From an uncultured Desulfospira sp. (GTDB lineage: Bacteria > Desulfobacterota > Desulfobacteria > Desulfobacterales > Desulfobacteraceae), in contig OY760175.1 of the NCBI GenBank assembly GCA_963663165.1, forward strand, positions 4,736,001 to 4,800,000: a stretch of 64,000 nt of DNA, written 5' to 3'. The notes below the pieces were generated by a model. That model worked only from the letters and a program-made list of their open reading frames with translations. It ran no database searches and was not told the origin of the DNA. Within the stretch, counting starts at the first letter, position 1. Every line of letters begins with the position of its first letter. The position numbers were made by a program, and so were the translations under genes. Positions 39,257 to 50,712 of this stretch are shown here, in pieces.

Positions 39257-41926
39257 ATGTTGGCTTTTTTTAGAGGACTGTCCATCCGGTCCCGGCTATT
39301 GTTAAGTTATACCCTGACATTTACCTGTATTCTGGTCGTAAGCTTTACGGTCATTTATTCCATGGTCAAATCCACCCTGGAGGCGAACATTGAAAGTGAA
39401 TTGGGAAATTTTACCCATATCATTCATGGCATGGTAGAGGCCGCCATTGATGCGTCCATTAAAAATCATTTGCGGTCAAGGGCTGAAGGCAACCTGGAAA
39501 TCATCACCCGTATTTATCATCAGTCACAGGCCGGCGAAATTTCTGAACAAAAGGCAAGAGAACTCGCAACGGACATTCTTCTCAGCCAGACCGTTGGAAA
39601 AAGCGGTTATGTCTATTGCATTGACTCCAAAGGAATTACCCGGGTGCATCCCCTTAAAGAAATGATCGGAAAGGATGTTTCCAATTACGACTTTATCCAG
39701 AAAACAATCCGGAAAAAACAAGGATATATCGAATATAACTGGGCCAACCCCGGTGAAACCAATGAACGGGCCAAGGCGACCTATCTCTGCTATTTTGCAC
39801 CATGGGACTGGATTATCGGTGTGTCATCCTACCGGCATGAATTTAACCGGCTGGTCAGTGTGGATGATTTCAAAGATAATATTCTGTCTTTGACCTTTGG
39901 CAAAACAGGCTACCCCTATATAATGGACAGCAAGGGGCTTCTGATCATCCACCCCAAGCTTGAGGGAACCAATATATACAATTCTACGGATGAAAACGGC
40001 CGCATGTTCATCAAAGAGATCTGCGAAGAAAAAAACGGCAAAATCATCTATCCGTGGAAGAATCCAGGGGATCCCACCTCCAGAAACAAGCTGGTGATTT
40101 TTAACTATATCCCTGAGTTGGACTGGATTGTGGCATCCTCAAGCTATTTGGAAGAGTTTTACAGCCCGCTAAAGCGCATTGGCATGTTCACGCTGATCGC
40201 CGCAGCGGTCATGTTTCCGGTTGTCATCATCGTTACCTGGCTGATCAGTTCCATGCTGGCAAGGCCCCTTCAGGAGATGATCAGCGTCTTTGGAAGTGGC
40301 GGACAACTGGAATATTCCCAGCGGATGGAAGTCCGGTGGGGCGGTGAAATGGATAGGGTGGCCGAGAATTACAACCGGTTTATCGATAAACTTCAGAGAA
40401 CCCGGCGAAGGCTTTTGGAGTCGGAAGAAAAATTCAGGGGCATTTTTGAAAATTCCATTGAGGGCATCTGCCAGATTGCAAAAGATGGGAAACTGGTCAC
40501 CATCAACCCGGCCATGGCCAGAATCTTTGGGTACGAGTCCACACAGGTAATGTTAAAAGAGATCACCAATCTGGCTGAGCAGCAGTTCAAAGATGCCACT
40601 GAAAGGAAAGAAATGCTTAAGCTACTGTATTCAAACGGTTATGTCACTGAGTATGAGGCGGAATTTTTTAAAAGGGATAAAACCGCCTTCTGGTGTTCCT
40701 TAAGCGCTAGAGCATACAAAGACGATAACAACGAGATCCAGTATTTTGATGCATTTTTCACGGATATAACCAAGCGTAAAGAATCAGAAGAAGATTTGAA
40801 AAAATCCCATATTGAGCTTGAACACCGGGTGATGGAAAGAACCAGCGAGTTGTCCAGCTGGGTCAGTGAACTGGAACGGGTCAACAGCGAGAACGCATTG
40901 TTCAGGACCATGAGTGAAATGATCCAGGTCTGCTCAACCAGCCCGGAAATATACCGGATTGCCCACCAGTACATTCAAAAATTTTTTGAAGGGACATCCG
41001 GCCGGCTGCTTGAGTATGATAAAGCGAGCAACACCTTGTTCCCGGTGGTCACATGGGGCAGTCCCAAAGGTGATGACAACGGTTTTTCACCCGATGAGTG
41101 CTGGGCCCTTCGCCAGGGCAAGCCCTATTATGTCGATAAAGATGAAAATGCCCTTTACTGTCCTCATTTTCAGGGCACTGTATCGTCTGATTCCCTGTGT
41201 GTGCCCATGACGGTCCGGGGGGAGATCCTTGGGCTGCTTTATGCGGTAAACGATAAAAAATCCGAAGAACCTGAAGTGGCCGGTGCCTCCGGGAATGGAA
41301 AAATCCACGAATTGCCCAGGAAAAAAGAGATTGGAACCACCATTGCCGAACATATTGCCATGGCCCTGGTCAATATCAGGCTTCAGGAATCCCTTAAGCA
41401 AAAGTCCATCGTTGATCCGCTGACCGGCCTGCATAACCGGCGTTTTATGGATGAAACCCTTAAGCTTGAGGCCTCCAGAATGGTGCGCAACAAACATAAA
41501 ATCGGCATTATCATGATGGATGTGGATCATTTTAAAAAATTCAACGACGACCATGGGCATGACTGCGGGGATGCGGTTTTAAAATCACTGGGCCAATTAT
41601 TAAAAAAGAATACCAGGGGTGAGGACATCTCGTGCCGGTACGGCGGCGAAGAGTTTATTGCCATCCTGATCAACACGACCTTGAGAGGGCTGCACAAAAA
41701 GGCAGAAGACCTGTGCAAAAAAGTAAGGGAGTCGCTGATTGTAAAACATAAGGGACAATCCTACCGGGTCACCATCTCCCTTGGCGCGGCCCTTTGTCCC
41801 ACCCATGCCGTAACCCTGGATGAAACTTTGAAAATGGCGGATGAGGCCCTTTATACGGCCAAAAATGAGGGCCGGAACCGGGCCTGCATGGCCCGGATTG
41901 ACCACGAAATCGAAGAGGACGAGTAG
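39257..41926 (+). CDS. Membrane-bound diguanylate cyclase (tandem Cache-HAMP-PAS-GAF-GGDEF)
   Basis: Two Cache repeats, PAS, CWALRQG GAF, DPLTGLHNRR, RGED I-site plus RYGGEEF. Confidence 0.92.
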   Translation: MLAFFRGLSIRSRLLLSYTLTFTCILVVSFTVIYSMVKSTLEANIESELGNFTHIIHGMVEAAIDASIKNHLRSRAEGNLEIITRIYHQSQAGEISEQKARELATDILLSQTVGKSGYVYCIDSKGITRVHPLKEMIGKDVSNYDFIQKTIRKKQGYIEYNWANPGETNERAKATYLCYFAPWDWIIGVSSYRHEFNRLVSVDDFKDNILSLTFGKTGYPYIMDSKGLLIIHPKLEGTNIYNSTDENGRMFIKEICEEKNGKIIYPWKNPGDPTSRNKLVIFNYIPELDWIVASSSYLEEFYSPLKRIGMFTLIAAAVMFPVVIIVTWLISSMLARPLQEMISVFGSGGQLEYSQRMEVRWGGEMDRVAENYNRFIDKLQRTRRRLLESEEKFRGIFENSIEGICQIAKDGKLVTINPAMARIFGYESTQVMLKEITNLAEQQFKDATERKEMLKLLYSNGYVTEYEAEFFKRDKTAFWCSLSARAYKDDNNEIQYFDAFFTDITKRKESEEDLKKSHIELEHRVMERTSELSSWVSELERVNSENALFRTMSEMIQVCSTSPEIYRIAHQYIQKFFEGTSGRLLEYDKASNTLFPVVTWGSPKGDDNGFSPDECWALRQGKPYYVDKDENALYCPHFQGTVSSDSLCVPMTVRGEILGLLYAVNDKKSEEPEVAGASGNGKIHELPRKKEIGTTIAEHIAMALVNIRLQESLKQKSIVDPLTGLHNRRFMDETLKLEASRMVRNKHKIGIIMMDVDHFKKFNDDHGHDCGDAVLKSLGQLLKKNTRGEDISCRYGGEEFIAILINTTLRGLHKKAEDLCKKVRESLIVKHKGQSYRVTISLGAALCPTHAVTLDETLKMADEALYTAKNEGRNRACMARIDHEIEEDE

Positions 41927-42112
41927 ATCACACCTGAAGATTGGCAATATTGAACGGATCACACAAACAATAACATGACCATAACTCCATGAAATTAAAA
42001 TCAAAAACGTCAAAAACGTCAAAACATGTATGGTTATGGATCGATTTTTTTTGTTGTGTGTCCTGCCCCGCACAACTCAGGTAATTGGCAGTTTGATGGT
42101 GAGGGTGTGAAG

Positions 42113-42637
42113 TTAATCCTCTAGATCAAACCGGCTTAAGTATGAATTCAGGGCGGCCCTGGATTTTTCTTCAAGGCGCGGACAGTCATCTACCCCTTTG
42201 GCCCCCTCGGCCAGTCTGAGGGCAAACACCATGCAGGTCGGCTGCCGGCACTCCCTGCAGTTGGTACAGGGCAGATGTTTTAAAATTTCCACTACCTGGG
42301 GGCGGTGGAGGCCTTTATAGCATGGGGTGATTGTCGCGCGATTTTCCCAGGCGTCATTTATTTCCCTTTTGATCAAATTTATGATCTTTTCAGCCTGTTC
42401 ACGGTTTTCCACCGCATTGACCGTGATCTGATCGGACCGTACCGAGATCAGGCGGCCATAAGTGCGAAACGTAGCGCTTGGCGGATCTTTGATATATTCA
42501 AGCGCCCCTAAAACGGCGTTTAAGTAGGGCAGGGCACAGCCCACATCCTGATCGAGACGGGCAATACCATTGACACTCATGGCACCGGGCATGCAGTGGT
42601 TATTCACAATTTCCAGGCAAAAGGTTTTCAGCAGCAT
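42113..42637 (-). CDS. Fe-S cluster-binding protein (C-terminal FeS domain)
   Basis: LPYLNAVL and LPCTNCRECRQPTCMVFA...CP. Confidence 0.8.
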   Translation of the reverse strand: MLLKTFCLEIVNNHCMPGAMSVNGIARLDQDVGCALPYLNAVLGALEYIKDPPSATFRTYGRLISVRSDQITVNAVENREQAEKIINLIKREINDAWENRATITPCYKGLHRPQVVEILKHLPCTNCRECRQPTCMVFALRLAEGAKGVDDCPRLEEKSRAALNSYLSRFDLED

Positions 42638-42901
42638 TTTTAAATCTCCGAAAAAAAATTCCCATATCCCATTATGTTAATTCCAATCCGGCCCGTTTTC
42701 TACCCCGGGCCACATAATTTTCACCCAGGCAACTTGCTTTTTAGGTCGGGGGGCACGCATTTTTTCAGGGGAATTAAAACGGTATGATTTTTTCGAAATT
42801 TGTAGAATTTGCAAGATTTCCTTTGAAAAGATACGACCCGGGCGCCTGAGCCTGTATCCTTATAAATTTAGATATCAACAGTGTGAAAAATTTCGATAAT
42901 C

Positions 42902-42951
42902 TTGACAAATTGGGGAAACTGTGAATTTAATAGTGACCGAGCGCTCGGTCA
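42902..42951 (+). promoter_or_regulatory. Sigma70 promoter with overlapping 18-bp palindromic operator upstream of the TetR gene
   Basis: TTGACA at 42902, TTTAAT at 42926, TGACCGAGCGCTCGGTCA at 42934-42951 (perfect palindrome). Confidence 0.75.
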
Positions 42952-43106
42952 GAGGTTTTAAGATGACGGATTATACCACAACTGAACGATTGAGGTAACA
43001 GGTATTTATTCATTACCTGCCCATAACCCTCATTTTTACTTAACACCATCACAGGCTGATGACCCATAATAAACAACGAAAGCCATGAAGGTCATGGGAC
43101 CGGCTG

Positions 43107-43140
43107 CCTTAACCGCCTTCAGTCTAAACCCCTTCAGCCT
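43107..43140 (+). repeat. Repeat family C, partial copy
   Basis: CCTTAACCGCCTTCAGTCTAAACCCCTTCAGCCT. Confidence 0.6.
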
Positions 43141-43163
43141 TTTATTATATACAGGAGGTTCTT

Positions 43164-43814
43164 TTGGCCGAAACCCGTAAACCCAAGTCAGACACTGTCT
43201 ACGGTGAAGTCCCCACCCAGATCAAAAACCCTGAGCTGGTCCGGGAACGCCGGCGTCAGATCATTGATTCCACGGTTAAACTATTTGTCCGGCATGGATA
43301 CCATAAAACCACCACCCGGATGATTGCCAAGGCGGCCGGGTTTTCCATCGGTTCATTGTATGAGTATGTGTCTTCAAAAGAGGACCTGCTTTACCTGGTC
43401 TGCCGGACTATTCACGAGGAGGTGGGCCGGGCCGTTGAAAATGCCCTGTCCGGCAATGAGCGGGAAAAGGAACAGCTGGCCGGCATTATCCGGCAGTATT
43501 TTCAGGTGTGTGACAATATGGCTGACCATATTCTGCTGATGTATCAGGTCACCCAGTTTTTACCTGAAAAGTGGCAAAAAAGGGTCCTTGCCAATGAAAT
43601 CAACATAACGGATATCTTTATCAATGCCCTGTCCGGGATGGCCGGAAAAAACAATTTCCCCGAGCTGACTGAAAAACAGATCAATCTGGTGGGCCACAAT
43701 ATTTCCGTTCTAGGGCAGATGTGGGCCTTTCGCCGCTGGCATTTTAAACGAAATTTCACCATTGACGAGTATACCACCATTCAGATTCAGTTCATTCTCG
43801 GCTTGATTTATTAA
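43164..43814 (+). CDS. TetR/AcrR-family transcriptional regulator
   Basis: GYHKTTTRMIAKAAGFSIGSLYEYVSSKEDLL HTH; TTG start with AGGAGG RBS. Confidence 0.92.
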   Translation: MAETRKPKSDTVYGEVPTQIKNPELVRERRRQIIDSTVKLFVRHGYHKTTTRMIAKAAGFSIGSLYEYVSSKEDLLYLVCRTIHEEVGRAVENALSGNEREKEQLAGIIRQYFQVCDNMADHILLMYQVTQFLPEKWQKRVLANEINITDIFINALSGMAGKNNFPELTEKQINLVGHNISVLGQMWAFRRWHFKRNFTIDEYTTIQIQFILGLIY

Positions 43815-44109
43815 TTTTGGGATTCGGTGTAACTCCCCCGGATATCCCATGGCATTCAGCGAATTTTATGAAATGGAAAATTCCTGTACCCGTGAATTTT
43901 TTAAACTAATGGTTTTACCTACAAGCGTTGTGCGGTTATTACCTAAGTGTCAATTTTTTAAGGAAAAAATAAAAAAATAAGGTTTATTTTTTTGTTCATA
44001 TGTGTAAGTAGACAATATATAAACTCAGTTTAGTTTGCTCAAACTTCAGCGTTTTGATCCCGGATTTTACACCCGATTTTAAACCCGGATCTTTTAAAAA
44101 GGAGAACCC

Positions 44110-47100
44110 ATGAGCCAAGACCCCCAAGCCTACAAATCTTCTAATGCCATTAAGATCGTAACGGCCACATCCCTTTTTGACGGCCACGATGCATCCATTA
44201 ATATCATGCGCCGGATCCTCCAGGATACCGGTGCCGAGGTGATCCACATTGGCCATAACCGTTCGGCCAGGGAAGTGGTGGACGCGGCCATCGAAGAAGA
44301 TGCCCAGGGCATCGCCGTGTCCAGTTACCAGGGCGGCCATGTGGAGTATTTTAAATACATGGTGGACCTGCTAAGGGAAAAAGGGGCCCCCGGGATACAG
44401 GTGTATGGCGGGGGGGGCGGGGTGATTATCCCCGCGGAAATTGACGAGCTTCATGAATACGGCGTGACCCGGATCTTCTCCCCCGAGGACGGGGCCAAAA
44501 TGGGGCTTCAGGGCATGATCAACAGCATGATGGAAATGATGGACCATCCCACGGTGGACTACGATTCTCTGAATGTGAATGACCTTACCGTTGACAACAA
44601 ATACGTGACCGCCAACTTTATCTCGGCGGTCCAGGATACCGGCACCAATGACCCTGACCTCAAAGCCAAAATCATGGCCCAGGTATCCGAGAAAGCCTCC
44701 CAAAGGGATGTGCCGGTCATCGGTCTGACTGGTACGGGCGGGGCCGGAAAATCTTCTTTAACCGATGAGCTGATCAACCGTCTCCTAAGGGATTTTCAAG
44801 ATATGACCCTGGCCATAATTTCCTGTGATCCGTCCAGGAGAAAAACAGGGGGCGCCCTGTTAGGGGACCGGATCAGGATGAATTCCATTGATTCAGATCG
44901 GGTCTATATGCGCTCCCTTGCCACCCGGCAGTCCCAGATTGAGCTGCCTGAAGCCCTTCCCGATGCCGTGGAAGTGGTCAAGGCCGCCGGATTTGACATG
45001 GTTATTGTGGAGACCGCCGGTATCGGCCAGGGGGATTCCAGGGTAGTGGATCTGGTGGACATTTCGGTTTATGTGATGACATCGGATTTTGGCGCCCCGT
45101 CCCAGCTGGAAAAAATTGACATGCTGGATTACGCCGATCTGGTGGCGATAAACAAGTATGAGAAAAAAGGAGCTGAAGATGCGGTCCGGGATGTCAGAAA
45201 GCAGGTGCAGCGCAACCGGAAGGCCTGGGGGACAGACCCCAAGGACATGCCCGTATACGGTACCATTGCCTCAAAGTTCAACGATGACGGGGTTACGGCC
45301 TGTTACCATGGCCTGCTGGATCTCATTGCCGAGAAAAAAGGGGTTGTCTATGAATCCTCCATCCCCAGGACAGGGGTGAAGGAATCCTCATCAAAGACCA
45401 TTATTATTCCGGGTGAACGAACCCGGTATCTGGCGGAAATCGCCGATACGGTCAGAGGGTATCACCAGAACACCGAAGCCCAGGCCGACGCCGTAAGACA
45501 GCGGTGGCATCTTGAAGAAACCCTTAAAACCATTGAAGAAAGGGGCGGGGATAATCTGGACCAGATTGTCGGGAATCTCAAAAAAGCCCTTGAAGAGGCC
45601 AAAGCCCTGGTTGAAAAAGACACGGACCAGATGATTGATGATTTTCAAGAGTGCACCCGGAAATACAAAGCCGATGAGTTTGTCTACACGGTCCGGGACA
45701 GGGAATTCAGGGTGCCGCTGTATTCAAAATCCCTTTCCCATTCAAAAATTCCCAAAATTGCCCTGCCCAAGTTTAAAGATCCCGCCGAACAGTTCACCTG
45801 GATGAGAAAGGAAAATTTTGCCGGGTATTTTCCCTATACCACAGGGGTGTTTCCCTTAAAACGGGCGGATGAGGACCCTACCCGAATGTTTGCCGGAGAG
45901 GGAGGGCCTGCGGACACCAACCGGCGGTTTAAGCTGCTGTCGTCCAACTACGAGGCCAAGCGGCTTTCCACGGCCTTTGACGCGGTCACCCTGTTTGGAT
46001 ATGACCCGGAGGTAAGGCCCGATATTTACGGAAAGATCGGTACCTCAGGGGTGTCCATCTGCAACCTGGACGATGTCAAGGTGCTTTATGACGGGTTTGA
46101 CCTTTGCTCGCCAAGCACTTCGGTTTCCATGACCATCAACGGGCCTGCCCCCATTATGCTGGCCATGTTCATGAATACGGCCATTGCCCAGCAGACGGAT
46201 AAGTTTAAAGCGGAAAACAACCGCGATCCCAATGAGAATGAGGCCAAAGAGATCAGTGCCCGGGCTTTGTCTACGGTCAGGGGGACGGTCCAGGCCGATA
46301 TCCTCAAAGAAGACCAGGGGCAGAATTCCTGTATTTTTTCCATTGAATTTGCCTTGAAAATGATGGGGGATATCCAGCAGTATTTCATTGATCACCAGGT
46401 TAGAAATTTTTATTCGGTGTCCATCTCCGGTTACCATATTGCCGAGGCCGGTGCCAATCCCATTTCCCAGCTGGCCTTTACCCTGGCCAACGGGTTCACC
46501 TATGTGGAGTATTACCTGTCCCGGGGCATGGATATTGATGCCTTTGCCCCGTCTTTGAGCTTTTTCTTTTCCAACGGCATGGACCCGGAATACACGGTTA
46601 TCGGCCGGGTCGCAAGGCGGATCTGGTCGGTGGCCATGCGGTACAAGTACAAGGCCAATATCAAATCCCAGCAGCTCAAGTACCATATTCAGACTTCAGG
46701 CAGATCCCTGCACTCCCAGGATATCCAGTTCAACGATATCCGGACTACCCTCCAGGGGCTTTGCGCCATTTACGACAATTGCAACAGCCTGCATACCAAT
46801 GCCTATGACGAGGCCATTACCACCCCGTCTTCCGAGTCTGTGAGACGGGCCCTGGCCATTCAGCTGATCATCAACCGGGAATGGGGCCTGGCCAAAAATG
46901 AAAATCCCCTCCAGGGCAGTTTTATTGTGGATGAACTCACGGACCTGGTGGAAGAGGCCGTCCTTATAGAGTTTGAGCGGATTACGGAACGGGGCGGGGT
47001 TCTCGGGGCCATGGAGACCGGGTATCAGCGGGGCAAGATCCAGGAAGAGTCCATGTATTATGAATATCTAAAGCATACAGGCAAGCATCCCATTGTCGGG

Positions 47101-47385
47101 GTCAACACCTTCCAGGACCCGGATGCCGATTATGCCCGGATGGCCAACGAGCTGGAACTGGCCCGGGCCACTTCAGAGCAGAAGGATGAGCAGCTCAGAA
47201 GGCTGGAGGGGTTTAAAGCCGCCCATTCCAGCGAGTCTGAACAGGCCCTTGAAGATCTTAAACAGACCGCCCTGAACGGGGGGAATATGTTTGAAGAGTT
47301 GATGGAAACTGTCAAATCCTGTTCTCTTGGGTCTATTACCCAGGCATTGTATGAGGTAGGGGGAAAATACCGACGGAATATGTAG
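44110..47385 (+). CDS. icmF: Fused isobutyryl-CoA mutase / MeaB-type GTPase
   Basis: B12 domain (DGHDAS), GTGGAGKSS, mutase barrel with TRMFAGEG (Phe, as in ICM, rather than the Tyr of MCM). Confidence 0.92.
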   Translation: MSQDPQAYKSSNAIKIVTATSLFDGHDASINIMRRILQDTGAEVIHIGHNRSAREVVDAAIEEDAQGIAVSSYQGGHVEYFKYMVDLLREKGAPGIQVYGGGGGVIIPAEIDELHEYGVTRIFSPEDGAKMGLQGMINSMMEMMDHPTVDYDSLNVNDLTVDNKYVTANFISAVQDTGTNDPDLKAKIMAQVSEKASQRDVPVIGLTGTGGAGKSSLTDELINRLLRDFQDMTLAIISCDPSRRKTGGALLGDRIRMNSIDSDRVYMRSLATRQSQIELPEALPDAVEVVKAAGFDMVIVETAGIGQGDSRVVDLVDISVYVMTSDFGAPSQLEKIDMLDYADLVAINKYEKKGAEDAVRDVRKQVQRNRKAWGTDPKDMPVYGTIASKFNDDGVTACYHGLLDLIAEKKGVVYESSIPRTGVKESSSKTIIIPGERTRYLAEIADTVRGYHQNTEAQADAVRQRWHLEETLKTIEERGGDNLDQIVGNLKKALEEAKALVEKDTDQMIDDFQECTRKYKADEFVYTVRDREFRVPLYSKSLSHSKIPKIALPKFKDPAEQFTWMRKENFAGYFPYTTGVFPLKRADEDPTRMFAGEGGPADTNRRFKLLSSNYEAKRLSTAFDAVTLFGYDPEVRPDIYGKIGTSGVSICNLDDVKVLYDGFDLCSPSTSVSMTINGPAPIMLAMFMNTAIAQQTDKFKAENNRDPNENEAKEISARALSTVRGTVQADILKEDQGQNSCIFSIEFALKMMGDIQQYFIDHQVRNFYSVSISGYHIAEAGANPISQLAFTLANGFTYVEYYLSRGMDIDAFAPSLSFFFSNGMDPEYTVIGRVARRIWSVAMRYKYKANIKSQQLKYHIQTSGRSLHSQDIQFNDIRTTLQGLCAIYDNCNSLHTNAYDEAITTPSSESVRRALAIQLIINREWGLAKNENPLQGSFIVDELTDLVEEAVLIEFERITERGGVLGAMETGYQRGKIQEESMYYEYLKHTGKHPIVGVNTFQDPDADYARMANELELARATSEQKDEQLRRLEGFKAAHSSESEQALEDLKQTALNGGNMFEELMETVKSCSLGSITQALYEVGGKYRRNM

Positions 47386-47519
47386 TGTTTGAACGAAAAG
47401 TCACCCATCTGCTGCGTTGCAGAAAAAGTTGCAATCCTCACAACCTATAAGGTTGCTCCGGTTGCAACTTTTTCTGTGCCTTGCATATGGGCAACTTTTC
47501 GCCCAAACACGGGTTTTCG
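47383..47519 (+). repeat. Repeat family A copy; its left end overlaps the icmF TAG stop
   Basis: TAGTGTTTGAACGAAAAGTCACCCATCTGCTGCGTTGC...GCCCAAACACGGGTTTTCG. Confidence 0.9.
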
Positions 47520-47750
47520 AAAAGATGTAGGCGGGCTGAACGATGATGAAGGAAGGACTTTTTCATGAACTTCATGCCCTTCATGGTTTTTAAAAAAACA
47601 AAGCCATGTGATGTTGATGAATGCTCCTTCTAATCAATAGAATTTATGTGATAATTCTTTCAGGGTAAATTTACCCTTGCATGGCTGGTAAAAGATAAAC
47701 AAAGATGCTAAGAAACAGTTAAAAATAATTCGAACAAGGAGCAGGTTTCC

Positions 47751-48926
<1,176 letters not shown>

Positions 48927-49040
48927 TCTGGTTTGGACGACGATTCACCCGGCATTGCCCTGATTGATTCTGGCAGATCGTTGTCCATACGTTTGTTTTA
49001 ATTTGAAATCGATATCTGTGAATCTTCTCAAGGAGGAAAA

Positions 49041-49889
49041 ATGAGTGTTGAAAAATTTGGTGTAATCGGCGCAGGACAGATGGGAAACGGAATCGCCCAG
49101 GTAGCGGCAACCGCCGGGCTTGAAGTTCTCATGAGCGATATTAAGCCTGAGTTTTGTGAAAAAGGGGTGGCCACCATTACCAAGAACCTGGACCGGATGG
49201 TAAAAAAGGAAAAGATCTCAGAAGATGATAAAGCCGCCATCCTTGGCCGGATTAAAACCACCACCAACCTTGCGGACATGGGCGGCGTGGATTTTGTGGT
49301 TGAGGCGGCTGTGGAGCGCGAGGACTTGAAATTCAATATCTTCAAGGAACTGGACAAGGCCTGCCCCCCTGAAGTTATCCTGTCCACCAATACCTCATCC
49401 ATCCCCATCGGCCGGATCGCGGCCCAGACCTCAAGGCCGGACAAGATCATCGGCATGCATTTCATGAATCCCGTACCGGTGATGAAACTGGTGGAAGTCA
49501 TCAAGGGGATTGCCACGTCAGAAGAAACCTTTAAGCTGACCTGGGACCTGTGCGAAAAATTCGGCAAGACCCCGGCGGAAGCCAATGATTATCCGGGCTT
49601 TATCGCCAACCGGATCCTGCTTCCCATGATCAACGAGGCCGTGTTCTGCCTGTATCAGGGCGTGGGCAAGGTAGAAGATATTGATACGGTCATGCGCCTT
49701 GGCATGAACCATCCCATGGGCCCCCTGGCCCTGGCCGACCTCATCGGCTTGGACACCTGCCTGGCCATCATGGAAACCCTGTATGACGGGTTTAAAGATT
49801 CCAAGTACCGTCCCTGCCCGCTGCTCAGAAAATACGTTGAAGTGGGCTGGCTGGGAAGAAAGACCGGCAAAGGATTCTACGACTATTAA
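49041..49889 (+). CDS. hbd: 3-hydroxybutyryl-CoA dehydrogenase
   Basis: GAGQMGNG, STNTSS, GMHFMNP, GMNHPMGP, GRKTGKGFYDY. Confidence 0.93.
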   Translation: MSVEKFGVIGAGQMGNGIAQVAATAGLEVLMSDIKPEFCEKGVATITKNLDRMVKKEKISEDDKAAILGRIKTTTNLADMGGVDFVVEAAVEREDLKFNIFKELDKACPPEVILSTNTSSIPIGRIAAQTSRPDKIIGMHFMNPVPVMKLVEVIKGIATSEETFKLTWDLCEKFGKTPAEANDYPGFIANRILLPMINEAVFCLYQGVGKVEDIDTVMRLGMNHPMGPLALADLIGLDTCLAIMETLYDGFKDSKYRPCPLLRKYVEVGWLGRKTGKGFYDY

Positions 49890-49890
49890 C

Positions 49891-49970
49891 AGGTGGTTGA
49901 ACGGCAGGTCACCCATCTGCTGCGTTGCAGAAAAATTTGCATTTGGGTAACTTTCCGTCCAAGCCCGGGA
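49891..49970 (+). repeat. Repeat family A, short degenerate copy
   Basis: GTCACCCATCTGCTGCGTTGCAGAAAAATTTGCA. Confidence 0.82.
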
Positions 49971-49999
49971 TTAACGGTAAGTTATAATACAATTGCAGC

Positions 50000-50045
50000 A
50001 AAAAGCCTGAAGGACGTGGGAAATCCCGTCCTTCAGGCTTTTTTA
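50000..50045. terminator. Bidirectional terminator
   Basis: AAAAAGCCTGAAGGACG...CGTCCTTCAGGCTTTTTT. Confidence 0.85.
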
Positions 50046-50146
50046 ATGAATTTGCCCGGGGCGCAATTGGTTGTCCCGTGCCCCCGGGCTTGCTTTTTGT
50101 TAATCTTTCGGCTGTGATAAAAAAACAATTCCCATCAAAGGTCTGA

Positions 50147-50668
50147 TCAGTCCCAAAGGGCCTGGATTTCCTCAGCATATGCATCGCTGCTAATGGCCAG
50201 AACCGCTTTTATGGCATCCCGCAATAAAATAACGGTAAAACAGGCAAGGGAGGCACACTCAATCAGCACAAAGGGCCATTGGGGAACCAGCAGCATCCCG
50301 GTGCAAGTCCCTTTCTTATAAAAGTAAAGGGTCTGCAGGACGGTGGCATAGGTTGCAAACCCGAGAACAACCGTTGACAGAATTGAGGTGAAGCCAAAAC
50401 AGATAAATCTGGGAACCTGGGGCATCATCCCGATGAACATGGTCACATGGATATGCCGATGCACGGTCTGGGTGTAGGACCAGGAAGTGAAGATCAATAC
50501 GCACATTACCAGGGTTGATATCTCGTATCCGCCTTTAATGGGTGAATTAAACACGTGGCGCAGTATCACATCCAGGCTCATGTAAACCATGAGAAACGCC
50601 GCTCCCGCCATACTCAGATAGCTAATATATCGGCACATTTTGTCGGTAATCTGGGTAAAAGTCTTCAT
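50147..50668 (-). CDS. dctQ: TRAP small permease
   Basis: DVILRHVFNSPI, HIHV, 4 TM segments. Confidence 0.9.
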   Translation of the reverse strand: MKTFTQITDKMCRYISYLSMAGAAFLMVYMSLDVILRHVFNSPIKGGYEISTLVMCVLIFTSWSYTQTVHRHIHVTMFIGMMPQVPRFICFGFTSILSTVVLGFATYATVLQTLYFYKKGTCTGMLLVPQWPFVLIECASLACFTVILLRDAIKAVLAISSDAYAEEIQALWD

Positions 50669-50712
50669 ATCCGGTCCTTTCCTTCTCTGTACTCAATCAC
50701 AATGCGGGTTTA

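Noticed and set aside
43040..43100. Fluoride riboswitch (GCTGATGACCC-like 3' motif)
   Set aside because: The 5' GGxGATGG pseudoknot segment is absent and the downstream gene is not fluoride-related.
43815..44109. Cobalamin riboswitch upstream of icmF
   Set aside because: No B12-box or conserved cobalamin core is visible; the region is simply AT-rich.
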